A stretch of 64,000 nucleotides of DNA. It comes from Chitinophagaceae bacterium. Its GTDB lineage: Bacteria > Bacteroidota > Bacteroidia > Chitinophagales > Chitinophagaceae. Below are positions 9,647 to 19,333 of this stretch, piece after piece. The DNA lies in contig JBKJMI010000118.1 in assembly GCA_046596515.1 (NCBI GenBank), positions 59,376 through 123,375 on the forward strand, written 5' to 3'. The notes under the pieces are model-generated. The model was not told the origin of the DNA. It saw only the letters and a program-made list of their open reading frames with translations, and ran no database searches. The stretch's first letter is position 1; every line of letters begins with the position of its first letter. Made by a program: the position numbers and the translations under genes.

Positions 9647-11335
9647 ATGAATTTGTTTAAAAGATCCGTTCCTTTTCTTGCGATCGCTGTTTTAGCGGTC
9701 TCCAATTTGATGGCGCAAGGTTCGCCGGAGGAAGAAAGATCGGTACCTAAAGGATGGCATATGATGGATAAAGCCAGTACCGGATATTATGGTATCAGTG
9801 CTGATAAGGCCTATGATTTTCTTAGGGCAAAAAAACTGAAAAGCAAAACTGTGATCGTTGCTGTGATTGATTCCGGTGTGGATACCACACATGAAGATCT
9901 TCGTGCCATACTCTGGCGGAATCCAAAGGAAATTCCTGGCAATGGTATTGATGATGACAAAAATGGCTATGTAGATGATATTTATGGATGGAACTTCCTG
10001 GGAGGTCATGATGGAAGAAGTGTAGATAAAGATTCTTATGAAGCAGCAAGGGTCTATCACCAGTTTAAAAGTAAATGGGATAAACCAGACGTAAAAGTGG
10101 AGGCACTATCGGCAAACGATGCTTATGAATACAAAATGTGGTTAAGGGCCAAATCGGAGATAGTAGGTGAAGTGAATCCATTGGAAGCTTTAAATCTCCG
10201 TAAAATGTATGCCACCATGAAATCTGGCGACACAGTGATCCGTGCAGAACTTAAAAAAGATGAATATAGTTGTAAGGACCTGGCTGCCTATACCAGTACC
10301 AATAAGAATGCGCAAAGAACCAGAGATATTCTTATGAGTATTTGTAAGGCCAATGACAATGACGAGATCACCAGCGTTCAGATCATGGATCAACTGGAAG
10401 GAGATCTGGGTAAAATGGAAGCGGCTGATAAAGCACCAGAAGCGTTCCGCGATGAGATAGTAAAAGACAATTACAGCGATTTCAATGATCGTTTTTATGG
10501 TAATAATGATGTTTTTGTTAATAACAAGAGTGCCCTTCATGGTACGCACGTAAGCGGTATTATCGGGGCTGTACGTGGAAATAATATTGGAATGGATGGT
10601 GTGGCTGATAATGTTAGGATAATGGCTGTACGTGCGGTGCCTGATGGCGATGAGCATGATAAGGATATCGCGCTGGCCATTCGTTATGCTGTAGATAATG
10701 GCGCCCAGGTTATCAACATGAGTTTTGGAAAAAGTTTTTCCCCCGAAAAGAAATGGGTGGATGATGCCGTAAAATATGCGGAATTAAAAGGCGTATTGAT
10801 CGTTCATGCCGCAGGTAATGACGCAAAGAACCTGGATAGTGCTTATAACTTCCCTACTCCATTAATGCTTGATGGTAAAAGACCAAAAAACTGGATCACA
10901 GTTGGTGCAAGTGGAGATCCTAAACTGGGTGGCCTTACTGCAAGCTTCTCCAATTATGGAAAGAAGGAAGTGGATGTATTTGCGCCCGGAGTAAAAATAT
11001 ATTCGTCCCTTCCTGGCGGAAATACCTATGGCAATCTTCAGGGAACTAGTATGGCTTCACCTGTGGTGGCAGGCCTTGCAGCTCTGATCATGGAATATTT
11101 CCCGACTTTGAGCGCCGCGCAGGTAAAGCAGGTCATTGAGAAATCTTCCCGTAACCCTGGAATGAAAGTAAATGAGCCGGGAACAGATATCAATACAGAT
11201 TTGAGTACCATTTCTAAAACAGGTGGTATAATCAATGCTTATGAAGCTGTGAAACTGGCTTCTACAATGAAAGGTGACAAGAAAGCACCAGTTGTAAAAC
11301 CATCTACCACGGTCAAGCCAAAGCCAAAAAGCTGA
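9647..11335 (+). CDS. Secreted subtilisin-like serine protease (peptidase S8)
   Basis: Signal peptide; catalytic motifs VIDSG, HGTHVSG, GTSMASP; AAGN oxyanion motif; large insert between the D and H motifs. Confidence 0.93.
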   Translation: MNLFKRSVPFLAIAVLAVSNLMAQGSPEEERSVPKGWHMMDKASTGYYGISADKAYDFLRAKKLKSKTVIVAVIDSGVDTTHEDLRAILWRNPKEIPGNGIDDDKNGYVDDIYGWNFLGGHDGRSVDKDSYEAARVYHQFKSKWDKPDVKVEALSANDAYEYKMWLRAKSEIVGEVNPLEALNLRKMYATMKSGDTVIRAELKKDEYSCKDLAAYTSTNKNAQRTRDILMSICKANDNDEITSVQIMDQLEGDLGKMEAADKAPEAFRDEIVKDNYSDFNDRFYGNNDVFVNNKSALHGTHVSGIIGAVRGNNIGMDGVADNVRIMAVRAVPDGDEHDKDIALAIRYAVDNGAQVINMSFGKSFSPEKKWVDDAVKYAELKGVLIVHAAGNDAKNLDSAYNFPTPLMLDGKRPKNWITVGASGDPKLGGLTASFSNYGKKEVDVFAPGVKIYSSLPGGNTYGNLQGTSMASPVVAGLAALIMEYFPTLSAAQVKQVIEKSSRNPGMKVNEPGTDINTDLSTISKTGGIINAYEAVKLASTMKGDKKAPVVKPSTTVKPKPKS

Positions 11336-11355
11336 CCATTCAACCTATTTAATTT

Positions 11356-11384
11356 AAAGCCCCGGATCTTCCGGGGCTTTTTTT
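11356..11384 (+). terminator. Intrinsic terminator after the S8 gene
   Basis: AAAGCCCCGGA-TCT-TCCGGGGCTTT followed by a T run. Confidence 0.85.
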
Positions 11385-11385
11385 A

Positions 11386-11393
11386 TAAGTTTG
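11386..11393 (+). promoter_or_regulatory. -7 box TAAGTTTG upstream of the DinB-family gene
   Basis: Exact TAnnTTTG directly after the terminator, 20 nt before the ATG. Confidence 0.55.
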
Positions 11394-11413
11394 AGAAACA
11401 AAAATCAAACTAC

Positions 11414-11926
11414 ATGCCCAGGCCTGACCTTACCAGAGTTCCTTCTTTTTATCACAACTATATTAACCTGGTAAAATCAGATGATCTGTTATCTGTTTTG
11501 AAAGACCAGTCTATAAGTTTCAGGAAATTCCTCGACAATATTCCAGTAAATAAAATTGATCACCGGTATGCTGAAGGCAAATGGAGCGTTAAAGAATTGC
11601 TGCAACATTGTATTGATGCTGAAAGAATTTTTGGTTACCGTTCTCTATGCATAGCAAGAAAAGACCAAACACATTTTCCCGGATTTGAGGAAGAAGAATA
11701 TGCAAAGAATGCAAAGACTGAAAATCGGATATGGGAAGACCTGAAAGAAGAATTCAGTATAGTAAGAAGAAGTACTGAATTACTGTTTAATAGTTTTGAT
11801 GAGGAACAATTGGATGCAACCGGGACCGCCAGTGGTAATTCGAATTATGTGCGTGCCTTTGGGTTTATCATTGCAGGGCATTTGATTCATCATGAGAACA
11901 TCATCAAAGAGAGGTATTTGAAGTAA
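11414..11926 (+). CDS. DinB family protein
   Basis: RYAEGKWSVKELLQHCIDAERIF, FPGFEEEEY, IIAGHLIHH. Confidence 0.9.
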   Translation: MPRPDLTRVPSFYHNYINLVKSDDLLSVLKDQSISFRKFLDNIPVNKIDHRYAEGKWSVKELLQHCIDAERIFGYRSLCIARKDQTHFPGFEEEEYAKNAKTENRIWEDLKEEFSIVRRSTELLFNSFDEEQLDATGTASGNSNYVRAFGFIIAGHLIHHENIIKERYLK

Positions 11927-11927
11927 G

Positions 11928-12056
11928 TAGGGAGTGGTAAGTAATGAGTGGTGAGTAGTGAGTAGTGAGTAGAGTAGTTGAAAAATGAACATTCCGTTTC
12001 CAGAAGTTTATTGACTACTCACTATTGACTACTCCCTACTGACTACTCACTTCCCT
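11928..12056. repeat. Inverted pair of heptamer tandem arrays (TAGTGAG)n / (CTACTCA)n
   Basis: Left arm 11928-11981 (8 units), right arm 12008-12056 (7 units) with the reverse-complement unit; fills the convergent DinB/prc junction. Confidence 0.9.
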
Positions 12057-14179
12057 CAAAATCCTTTTTTCGCCAGGTTCTGCTGATTGATCATATCATT
12101 CATCACTTTCACCGCCTGGTCCAGATAAATATCTTTTTGACGACTCTTGATCCATAGATCATAACGTTCCTGCTTTGCTTTATCATTTGCCCACCGGTTT
12201 GTTTCGTTTGGCAATGCAGTTACATCTAGTTCTGTTTTTAATTTCAGGAGTGTTTCAAGTTGTTTCACTGTGGTACGTATGGCCGCCTGTTCTTTTTTGT
12301 ATTTGTCCAGCTTTAAAGAATAATATTTATCATTTTCTTTAGCCAGCCATTCACTGCTTTCACGGATCAATTTAAATGTATTGTCCGTTTCCATACGCAG
12401 TTTATTCAATTGTTGAATAGTGCCCAGATTATATCCTGGTTTCCATGGAGTATACGGAGCCTTAGCCACTTCATCCCATGGCAACGCGTCAGCATCATCT
12501 TTTTCACGCACTTTCAGGTATTCCAGGTTATCGGGTAATACTATATCAGAAAATACTCCTTTAAGCTGAGTAGAACCTCCGTTGATTCGATAGAACTTTT
12601 GCAGGGTCAGTTTTACTGATCCCAGTTCAGCATTGGTCATAGAAAAACCATCAGGTGCTAATCCTATATTGCGCTGTACGGTTCCTTTTCCATAAGTGGA
12701 TGTTGATCCGATGATCACACCCCTGTTATAATCTTGTATGGCTGCAGCGAATATCTCTGATGCAGAGGCACTGAATTCATTTACCATAACAGCTAAAGGG
12801 CCATCATAAAGAACAGCTTTATCCTTATCCTTCAGCATAGTTGGGCGGTTATCCCTGTCTTTCACCTGTACAATCGGGCCCTCTTCAATAAATAGTCCGG
12901 CCATCTGTACCACATCATAAAGTGAACCACCTCCATTGTCACGAAGGTCCATGATGATACCGTCGACTTTTTCCAATTTCAGTTTCTCTATTTCTTTGGC
13001 TACATCAATATAACAGCGTGCACCTGTTTCTGGATGATCAAAATCGGCATAGAATTCAGGTAAATAAATATATCCCAGTTTGGATCCATTATTTTTTACA
13101 ATGGCGCTGCGAGCAAAGGTCTCATCCTGAACGATCTCATCACGGATAAGTGTTACCACTTTTACACTGCCGTCCTGCTTTTTAACAGTAAGTCTAACCT
13201 CAGTACCTTTTTTACCACGAATGATCTTCACCGCATCTGTGACGATATAACCGGTTAGGTCCACTGGCTCTTCAGCACCCTGAGCTACTTTAATGATGAA
13301 ATCACCTGGCTGAATCTCGCCTGATTTCCAGGCCGGGCTACCCGTGATCACACTACTTACTTTTATGTTACCATCATCATATTGAAGAGAAGCGCCAATA
13401 CCAAAGAAGCGGCCACTCATCTCTTCATCAAAATATCTTTTATCTACTGGAGGAAAGAATTCGCTGTGAGGATCCATCGTGGTAGTGATGGCATTTACAA
13501 ATACATTGAATTTATCATCGTCTGTAAACTTATGACGATAACGGTCGAAACTGCGATCCATTAAACGCTTCACTTTATCTCTTGCGTCCTTCTCCAGTTC
13601 TTCATCTGTCTTTGCAACAAAATTTTCTTTGCCTTTATTTTTTTCACGAAGGTCCAGCAGATCAGTATATCGTTCCAGCGTGAGATATTTTAATTTTTTT
13701 CTCCAACGGTCCTTTCTTTCATTTTCACTGGCAGGATATTTTAATTTATCTCCATCGAGCTGTACATCCTCATCTAAAGTAAAGTCAAAAGGTTTGGAAA
13801 GAATATCGTTGCAAATCACAGAGGCTTCTTCCATCCTCTTATTAAATACTTTGCCTACTTCAAGGAAAGAAGCAACAGGTGCTCCTTTGATCTCATCGTC
13901 GATCGCCGTTTCATACACTTTCATTGCGTTGAGATCGGATTGAAGAAACATATTCTTGTCTCCGTCAAGCTCTTTCAGGTATTTGGCATATACTTTTTTA
14001 GAAAAGGCATCATTAAATTCCTGAGGGCTGTAATGTGCTTCATTCAGCATACGTCCAACCAGTTTCAGGATTTGTTCATATTTGCCGGGAGGGGTAGAAT
14101 TGGCAGGTTTTCCCAATGACTTAAAAGCAAGGAAAGAACCGGCGACAAGGATGAGGACTAAAAACGGAAATCTTTTCAT
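12056..14179 (-). CDS. prc: Carboxy-terminal processing (tail-specific) protease, S41A
   Basis: PDZ region (GIGASL), DLRDNGGGSL, NEFSASASEIFAAAIQD, GKGTVQ, TLQKFYRINGGSTQ. Likely start MKRFPF at 14179; the track start 14263 is an over-extension. Confidence 0.93.
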   Translation of the reverse strand: MKRFPFLVLILVAGSFLAFKSLGKPANSTPPGKYEQILKLVGRMLNEAHYSPQEFNDAFSKKVYAKYLKELDGDKNMFLQSDLNAMKVYETAIDDEIKGAPVASFLEVGKVFNKRMEEASVICNDILSKPFDFTLDEDVQLDGDKLKYPASENERKDRWRKKLKYLTLERYTDLLDLREKNKGKENFVAKTDEELEKDARDKVKRLMDRSFDRYRHKFTDDDKFNVFVNAITTTMDPHSEFFPPVDKRYFDEEMSGRFFGIGASLQYDDGNIKVSSVITGSPAWKSGEIQPGDFIIKVAQGAEEPVDLTGYIVTDAVKIIRGKKGTEVRLTVKKQDGSVKVVTLIRDEIVQDETFARSAIVKNNGSKLGYIYLPEFYADFDHPETGARCYIDVAKEIEKLKLEKVDGIIMDLRDNGGGSLYDVVQMAGLFIEEGPIVQVKDRDNRPTMLKDKDKAVLYDGPLAVMVNEFSASASEIFAAAIQDYNRGVIIGSTSTYGKGTVQRNIGLAPDGFSMTNAELGSVKLTLQKFYRINGGSTQLKGVFSDIVLPDNLEYLKVREKDDADALPWDEVAKAPYTPWKPGYNLGTIQQLNKLRMETDNTFKLIRESSEWLAKENDKYYSLKLDKYKKEQAAIRTTVKQLETLLKLKTELDVTALPNETNRWANDKAKQERYDLWIKSRQKDIYLDQAVKVMNDMINQQNLAKKGF

Positions 14180-14212
14180 ATTGAGGATATATTTTGAAAA
14201 TGGACGCATAAC

Positions 14213-14220
14213 CAAAATTA
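14213..14220 (-). promoter_or_regulatory. -7 box TAATTTTG for prc
   Basis: Exact TAnnTTTG on the minus strand upstream of the likely start. Confidence 0.5.
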
Positions 14221-14297
14221 ATGCAAAATGCCTGCCTTTCTTAGCTTTACATCTATTTAACAATGGTTTTTGATGGGCGGTTTTTGAAAAAAAATGC

Positions 14298-14305
14298 TAT
14301 TTTTG
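14298..14305 (+). promoter_or_regulatory. -7 box TATTTTTG for tRNA-His
   Basis: Exact TAnnTTTG, 38 nt before the tRNA. Confidence 0.55.
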
Positions 14306-14343
14306 CTACCCGGAAAATAGAGGGCATTTTAGGCCCATAAAAT

Positions 14344-14418
14344 GGTGGTTGTAGCTCAGTTGGTTAGAGCATCAGATTGTGATTCTGAGGGTCGCGGGTT
14401 CGAGCCCCGTCATCCACC
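14344..14418 (+). tRNA. tRNA-His (GTG)
   Basis: Cloverleaf: D arm GCTC-AGTTGGTTA-GAGC, anticodon arm TCAGA-TT-GTG-AT-TCTGA, T loop GGTTCGA, encoded G-1 and C discriminator (His identity). CCA not fully encoded; one U-U mismatch in the acceptor stem. Confidence 0.96.
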
Positions 14419-14421
14419 CCG

Positions 14422-14454
14422 AAAGCACCCCGTTTCTTAGAAACGGGGTGCTTT
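14422..14454. terminator. Long hairpin terminator after tRNA-His
   Basis: AAAGCACCCCGTTTCT-T-AGAAACGGGGTGCTTT. Confidence 0.85.
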
Positions 14455-14579
14455 AATGTAGAAACAATAAATCATAGGTCCACCCTATCCTTTGGTTTTG
14501 CCTTTCATCAAGTTGTCACATTATGGTCACAGGAAATAGAACCTTTGGACGTCTAATGTGTAGTTAACGCAATTAAACC

Positions 14580-17204
14580 ATGATAATGAAAAATTTAGTT
14601 ATTCTGTCTTTTATTCTGGTCATAAGTACAGCCATCAGTGCCCAGGCACCGGCAAGCAAAACCGGTGGAGGAAGGCAGATGCCAACCGGTAGTTTTTATG
14701 GCAAGCTGGTTGATTCAAATACGGATAAACCTATTGAATATGCTTCTGTACAGCTGGTGCAGAATAAAATGGACACTGCTACTAAAAAGAGAAAAGATGT
14801 GGTCGTTAATGGAATGATCACAAAAGCAAATGGACAATTTTTGCTGGAGAATGTTCCGGTAATGGGACAGTATAAATTAAAAGTGACGGTTGTAGGGTTT
14901 AAACCTTACGAAAAAACTGTTTCTTTTGATCTTAAACCCGGCGGTGATATGGCAACCATGATGACTGCCCTGGATAAAGATCTTGGAAATATTAAAATTG
15001 AATTCGCTGAAAAAGTATTGGAGAATGTAACGGTAACAGCAACCAAGCCCGGATTGCAATTGGGAATTGACCGCAAGATCTTCAATGTTGATAAGAACCT
15101 GGTTTCTGCAGGTGGTACCGCCATTGATGTAATGCGCAATGTACCTTCACTGAATGTGGACATTGATGGTAACGTGACCATGCGAAATAACACTCCTCAG
15201 ATATTTGTGGATGGCCGTCCTACTACTATGAGTCTTGACCAGATTCCTGCAGATGCGATTGAAAGTGTTGAGCTGATCACAAACCCTTCATCTAAGTTTG
15301 ACGCTTCAGGAGGTACTGCCGGTATTCTAAATGTGGTACTGAAAAAAAATAAAAAAGTTGGCTATAGCGGCAGTGTTCGTGCTAATTTGGATTCCCGTGG
15401 CCGGATCGGTACTGGCACCGACATAAATATCCGTCAACAAAAAATAAACTTTTTTCTAAGCGGAAATTATAATCAACGTAAATCCATTTCCTCTGGCTAT
15501 ACGGATCGTACTACTTTCGGCACACCTAATTCAACACTATACCAGCTGGACAGCGGTCTTTCAAAAGGCGGATTTGGATTTTTGCGCGGTGGATTTGATT
15601 TCCTGCTTGATAATCGTAATACGATCTCAGTTACTGGTAACCTTATGAGAGGTGTATTTCGTTCCTGGTCGGGAAGTGATATGAACTCTTCTATTCTTTA
15701 CACACCCGCAACAGTTGCCCTTTCAGACAGAAACTCATTTAACCGTAGTGAAATGAGAAATAAGGGTACAAGCATAAGCTACAAACATAATTTTCCTAAG
15801 ACCGGTCATGAATGGACAGCTGACCTGAATTATAATTCGAATAAAAATGCCAGTAATAATTTTATAACCACAGATTCACTCAAAAGCAATTTTTCAACAT
15901 CCAAGTCCAATTCTCAGAGACAAATTGGAAAAGGGGGAAGCAATAGCATGGTATTTCAAACAGATTATTCCAATCCTTTGACCGATAAAATGAAACTGGA
16001 AGCAGGTGCAAGAGTTTATGTTCGCAATGTAGATAACAAGAATAATTTTTACTTAGTAAATGCGGATGGTTCTGAAACTTACATCGCACCTTTGTCCGTA
16101 AATTATAACAGCACAGATAAAGTGTATGCAGCCTATACCACCTTCTCTAATCAATTAGGTAAGTTCGGTTATCAGGCAGGTCTGCGTGTGGAAAGCTCTT
16201 CATATGAAGGTAGATTGCCAGATAAAAGCCAGGTGTTCAAGGTGGATTATTCAGTGAGCTTTTTCCCAAGTTTGTTCCTTAATCAAAAATTAAAGAATGA
16301 CCAGGAACTTCAGCTGAATTATTCAAGAAAGATCAATCGTCCTAATTTTTTCCAGCTATATCCTTATACAGATTATTCTGATTCGCTCAATATTACTCGT
16401 GGTAACCCAAATCTGAATCCTGAGTTTACTAATTCACTTGAGCTTACCTATCAAAAAACATTTAAGAACAGGGATAATTTTATCGCATCCATGTATTATA
16501 AGAATACAACGGATCTTATTGCCCGTTACCAGTTGAAAGAAAATAACGCAGCCTCCGGAAAAGAGCAGTTAGTAAATTCTTATATCAACGCTAACTCTGG
16601 TTATGTATCAGGACTTGAACTGATTTCTAAAAATAAAATGGCGAAATGGTGGGATATGACCTCAAATTTAAATCTTTTTACTTCTAAGATCAGTATCAGT
16701 GATTCTACCCAACCAAAACAAGATCAGTTTGGAAGTTGGTTCTTCAAATTGAACAACACGTTTAAATTACCAAAAAACTTCACTTTACAATTATCAGGTG
16801 ATTACACATCAAGAACTGTGCTTGCCCCCGGTGGAAGCGGTGGCGGTGGTGGTGGTGGCCGCGGAATGGGTGGTGGCGGTGGAATGTGGTTTGGTAATGC
16901 TACCTCCTCACAGGGCTACACAAGAGCAAACTATGGAGTGGATGGAGGTCTTAAATATGAATTCATGAAGAATAAAGTGGCATCCATATCTCTTAACGTG
17001 AATGATATTTTCCGGACCCGTCGTCAATTCACCTATAGTGAGTCCGCCTACTTCCAGCAGGATGTATTCCGTCGTCGTGATCCACAGGTACTACGTCTGA
17101 ATTTTAGCTGGCGCTTTGGTAAATTTGATACTTCTTTGTTCAAAAGGAAGAATCAAAAGAGCCAGGATAATGGCGGAGATATGATGGGAGGTATGGGCCA
17201 ATAA
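14580..17204 (+). CDS. TonB-dependent receptor / outer-membrane beta-barrel (carboxypeptidase-regulatory-like N domain, plug, barrel)
   Basis: Signal peptide; PIEYASV..L, IDRKIFNV, DVMRNVPSL, IESVELITNPSSKFDASG, NITRGNPNLNPE, terminal strand LRLNFSWRF. Confidence 0.92.
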   Translation: MIMKNLVILSFILVISTAISAQAPASKTGGGRQMPTGSFYGKLVDSNTDKPIEYASVQLVQNKMDTATKKRKDVVVNGMITKANGQFLLENVPVMGQYKLKVTVVGFKPYEKTVSFDLKPGGDMATMMTALDKDLGNIKIEFAEKVLENVTVTATKPGLQLGIDRKIFNVDKNLVSAGGTAIDVMRNVPSLNVDIDGNVTMRNNTPQIFVDGRPTTMSLDQIPADAIESVELITNPSSKFDASGGTAGILNVVLKKNKKVGYSGSVRANLDSRGRIGTGTDINIRQQKINFFLSGNYNQRKSISSGYTDRTTFGTPNSTLYQLDSGLSKGGFGFLRGGFDFLLDNRNTISVTGNLMRGVFRSWSGSDMNSSILYTPATVALSDRNSFNRSEMRNKGTSISYKHNFPKTGHEWTADLNYNSNKNASNNFITTDSLKSNFSTSKSNSQRQIGKGGSNSMVFQTDYSNPLTDKMKLEAGARVYVRNVDNKNNFYLVNADGSETYIAPLSVNYNSTDKVYAAYTTFSNQLGKFGYQAGLRVESSSYEGRLPDKSQVFKVDYSVSFFPSLFLNQKLKNDQELQLNYSRKINRPNFFQLYPYTDYSDSLNITRGNPNLNPEFTNSLELTYQKTFKNRDNFIASMYYKNTTDLIARYQLKENNAASGKEQLVNSYINANSGYVSGLELISKNKMAKWWDMTSNLNLFTSKISISDSTQPKQDQFGSWFFKLNNTFKLPKNFTLQLSGDYTSRTVLAPGGSGGGGGGGRGMGGGGGMWFGNATSSQGYTRANYGVDGGLKYEFMKNKVASISLNVNDIFRTRRQFTYSESAYFQQDVFRRRDPQVLRLNFSWRFGKFDTSLFKRKNQKSQDNGGDMMGGMGQ

Positions 17205-17226
17205 GACATTGCTTATATTTGGAGCA

Positions 17227-18249
17227 ATGATCAAGTCCCTGAATTTTGCATTGGTAGGATGTGGTAAAATCTCATCCCGGCATGCCAAGGAAGTTGTAAA
17301 TTATGGCAGTCTAAAAGCGGTATGCGATATCATTCCATCCAGGGCTGACGAACTGGCTGCTCAGTATGGCGCCACAGCCTATTATGATCTGGATACAATG
17401 CTTTCTGCTGAAACAGGGATTGATGTGCTGGTTATCTGTACACCCAATGGCTTACATGCCAATCAGGGAATGGCCGGACTAGAAAAGGGACTTCATATAC
17501 TGTGTGAAAAACCTCTTTGCATAAATAAGGCAGAAGGTCTTGACATGATCGCACTGGCAGAAAAAAAACAAAAAAAAGCCTTCGTTGTAAAATCAACCCG
17601 TTACAATCCAATCTTACGGGCTCTTAAAAAGGAGCTGGAACAAGATGGCTGGGGAAAGATCTATTCCTTTCAATTAAATTGTTTCTGGAACCGACCCGCT
17701 GCTTACTATGAAAATAGCTGGCGCGGCACCTCGCTGGATGGCGGTACCCTTTTTACACAATTCAGTCATTATATTGATGCCCTTCTTTGGCTACTGGGCG
17801 ATCTTTCACAATGCAGTGGCTACCGCAGAAATTTTGCACATTCAGATTCTATATTATCTGAAGATTCGGGAATTGTGGCTCTTGAAATGAAGAACGGAAT
17901 TATTGGTGGGCTTAACTGGTCGGTGAATAGTTACAAAAAAAATATGGAGGTTTCTTTTACTATTCTTGCAGAGAAAGCAAGCATTCGAATCGGCGGGGAG
18001 TATATGGATAAGATCGATTATCAGCTGACTGATTCAGAGATAAAAACAGAGGAACTATTAAATGCAGCAAATGATTACGGTTTTTATAAAGGAAGCATGA
18101 GTAATCATGATAAAGTATATGAGAACCTTGTAAAAGCTTTAGATAATTCTTCACATCCATTTACTGATGCACAGGAAGGCCTGCGAACGGTGGAGGCTAT
18201 AGAAATGATCTATGGTTCATTGCCATTGAATAAGATAGATCATGGGTAA
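17227..18249 (+). CDS. Gfo/Idh/MocA oxidoreductase (WlbA-like nucleotide-sugar 3-dehydrogenase)
   Basis: FALVGCGKIS, ICTPNGLH, LCEKPL, GGTLFTQFSHYID, GSMSNHDKVY; likely ATG at 17227. Confidence 0.85.
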   Translation: MIKSLNFALVGCGKISSRHAKEVVNYGSLKAVCDIIPSRADELAAQYGATAYYDLDTMLSAETGIDVLVICTPNGLHANQGMAGLEKGLHILCEKPLCINKAEGLDMIALAEKKQKKAFVVKSTRYNPILRALKKELEQDGWGKIYSFQLNCFWNRPAAYYENSWRGTSLDGGTLFTQFSHYIDALLWLLGDLSQCSGYRRNFAHSDSILSEDSGIVALEMKNGIIGGLNWSVNSYKKNMEVSFTILAEKASIRIGGEYMDKIDYQLTDSEIKTEELLNAANDYGFYKGSMSNHDKVYENLVKALDNSSHPFTDAQEGLRTVEAIEMIYGSLPLNKIDHG

Positions 18250-19333
18250 ACGTATCTATTTTACGGTTACCAACGATCTAAGCTACGATCAGCGAATGCA
18301 TCGCATTTGTGGAAGCCTGGCAAATGAAGGTTATGATGTTTTTTTAGTGGGCCGCAAACTCCCGGGATCAATTCCATCAGAAAAAAAACTATACAGGCAA
18401 ATTCGCCTGGGCTGCTGGTTTATAAAAGGGAAATGGTTCTATGCGGAATATAATATCCGTTTGTTTTTTTATCTCCTGTTTTGCAGGATGGATGCGATCT
18501 GCGCGATCGATCTGGATACGATCCTTCCCTGCCTTTATATTTCAAAGATCAAAGGAATAATAAGGATCTATGATGCGCATGAACTTTTCACAGAATTGAA
18601 AGAAGTTGTTAGTCGACCTGCTATCCACAAAATCTGGCTGAGAATTGAAAGGAAAGCAGTTCCTCAATTCAAATATGGATATACTGTAGGTCAGGGAATC
18701 GCAGAAGAATTTAATAAAAGATACGGAGTAGAGTATGCTTGTATTCGCAATATGCCCATTCTTAAAAATTTTCCTGATCTATTCGTGAGAGAAACTTTTC
18801 TGCTATATCAGGGTGCTGTAAATGAGGCAAGGGCCTTTGAGTGGCTGATACCCGCAATGAAAAATATAAAAACCGAACTGGTAATCTGCGGCTCAGGAAA
18901 TTTCATGGAACAATTGAAAAAATTGATCAGTCAGCATAATGTTGAAGATAAAGTCTACTTAAAAGGGCAGCTTAGCCCAGAAAAATTATGGGAGGTTTCC
19001 TGCCGAGGCTATATAGGTATTTCCGTTGCAGAGAATATTGGACTAAATCAGTATCTGGCGCTTCCGAATAAATTTTTTGATTATATACAGGCGGGTCTGC
19101 CACAGGTTACCATGGACTTTCCTGAATATAAAAATCTGAATACTCAGTATGATATTGCGTTGTTAATCCCCGAATCCAGCCCGGAATTGATAGCTACTGC
19201 TGTGAACAAATTACTAGATGAACCTGTTCTATACGAAAGGCTGCATCAAAACTGCCTAAAAGCCAGGCTGGAGCTTAACTGGGAGAAGGAAGAAATCAAG
19301 CTATTGGCATTTTACAGCAAAATTTTAAATTGA
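18242..19333 (+). CDS. Glycosyltransferase family 4
   Basis: VTNDLSYDQRMHRIC, YDAHELF, LYQGAVN, PNKFFDYIQAGLP. Confidence 0.9.
   Translation: MGKRIYFTVTNDLSYDQRMHRICGSLANEGYDVFLVGRKLPGSIPSEKKLYRQIRLGCWFIKGKWFYAEYNIRLFFYLLFCRMDAICAIDLDTILPCLYISKIKGIIRIYDAHELFTELKEVVSRPAIHKIWLRIERKAVPQFKYGYTVGQGIAEEFNKRYGVEYACIRNMPILKNFPDLFVRETFLLYQGAVNEARAFEWLIPAMKNIKTELVICGSGNFMEQLKKLISQHNVEDKVYLKGQLSPEKLWEVSCRGYIGISVAENIGLNQYLALPNKFFDYIQAGLPQVTMDFPEYKNLNTQYDIALLIPESSPELIATAVNKLLDEPVLYERLHQNCLKARLELNWEKEEIKLLAFYSKILN

Noticed and set aside
11928-12056. Heptamer arrays as CRISPR or telomere-like sequence
   Set aside because: Units are 7 nt with no unique spacers and no cas genes are present; similarity to TTAGGG is partial and G runs are mostly too short for a convincing G-quadruplex
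17561-17577. A8-C-A8 tract in the WlbA-like gene as a phase-variation switch
   Set aside because: The frame is intact (KKQKK), and 8-nt A/T runs also occur elsewhere in this AT-rich window (e.g. 38101-38108)
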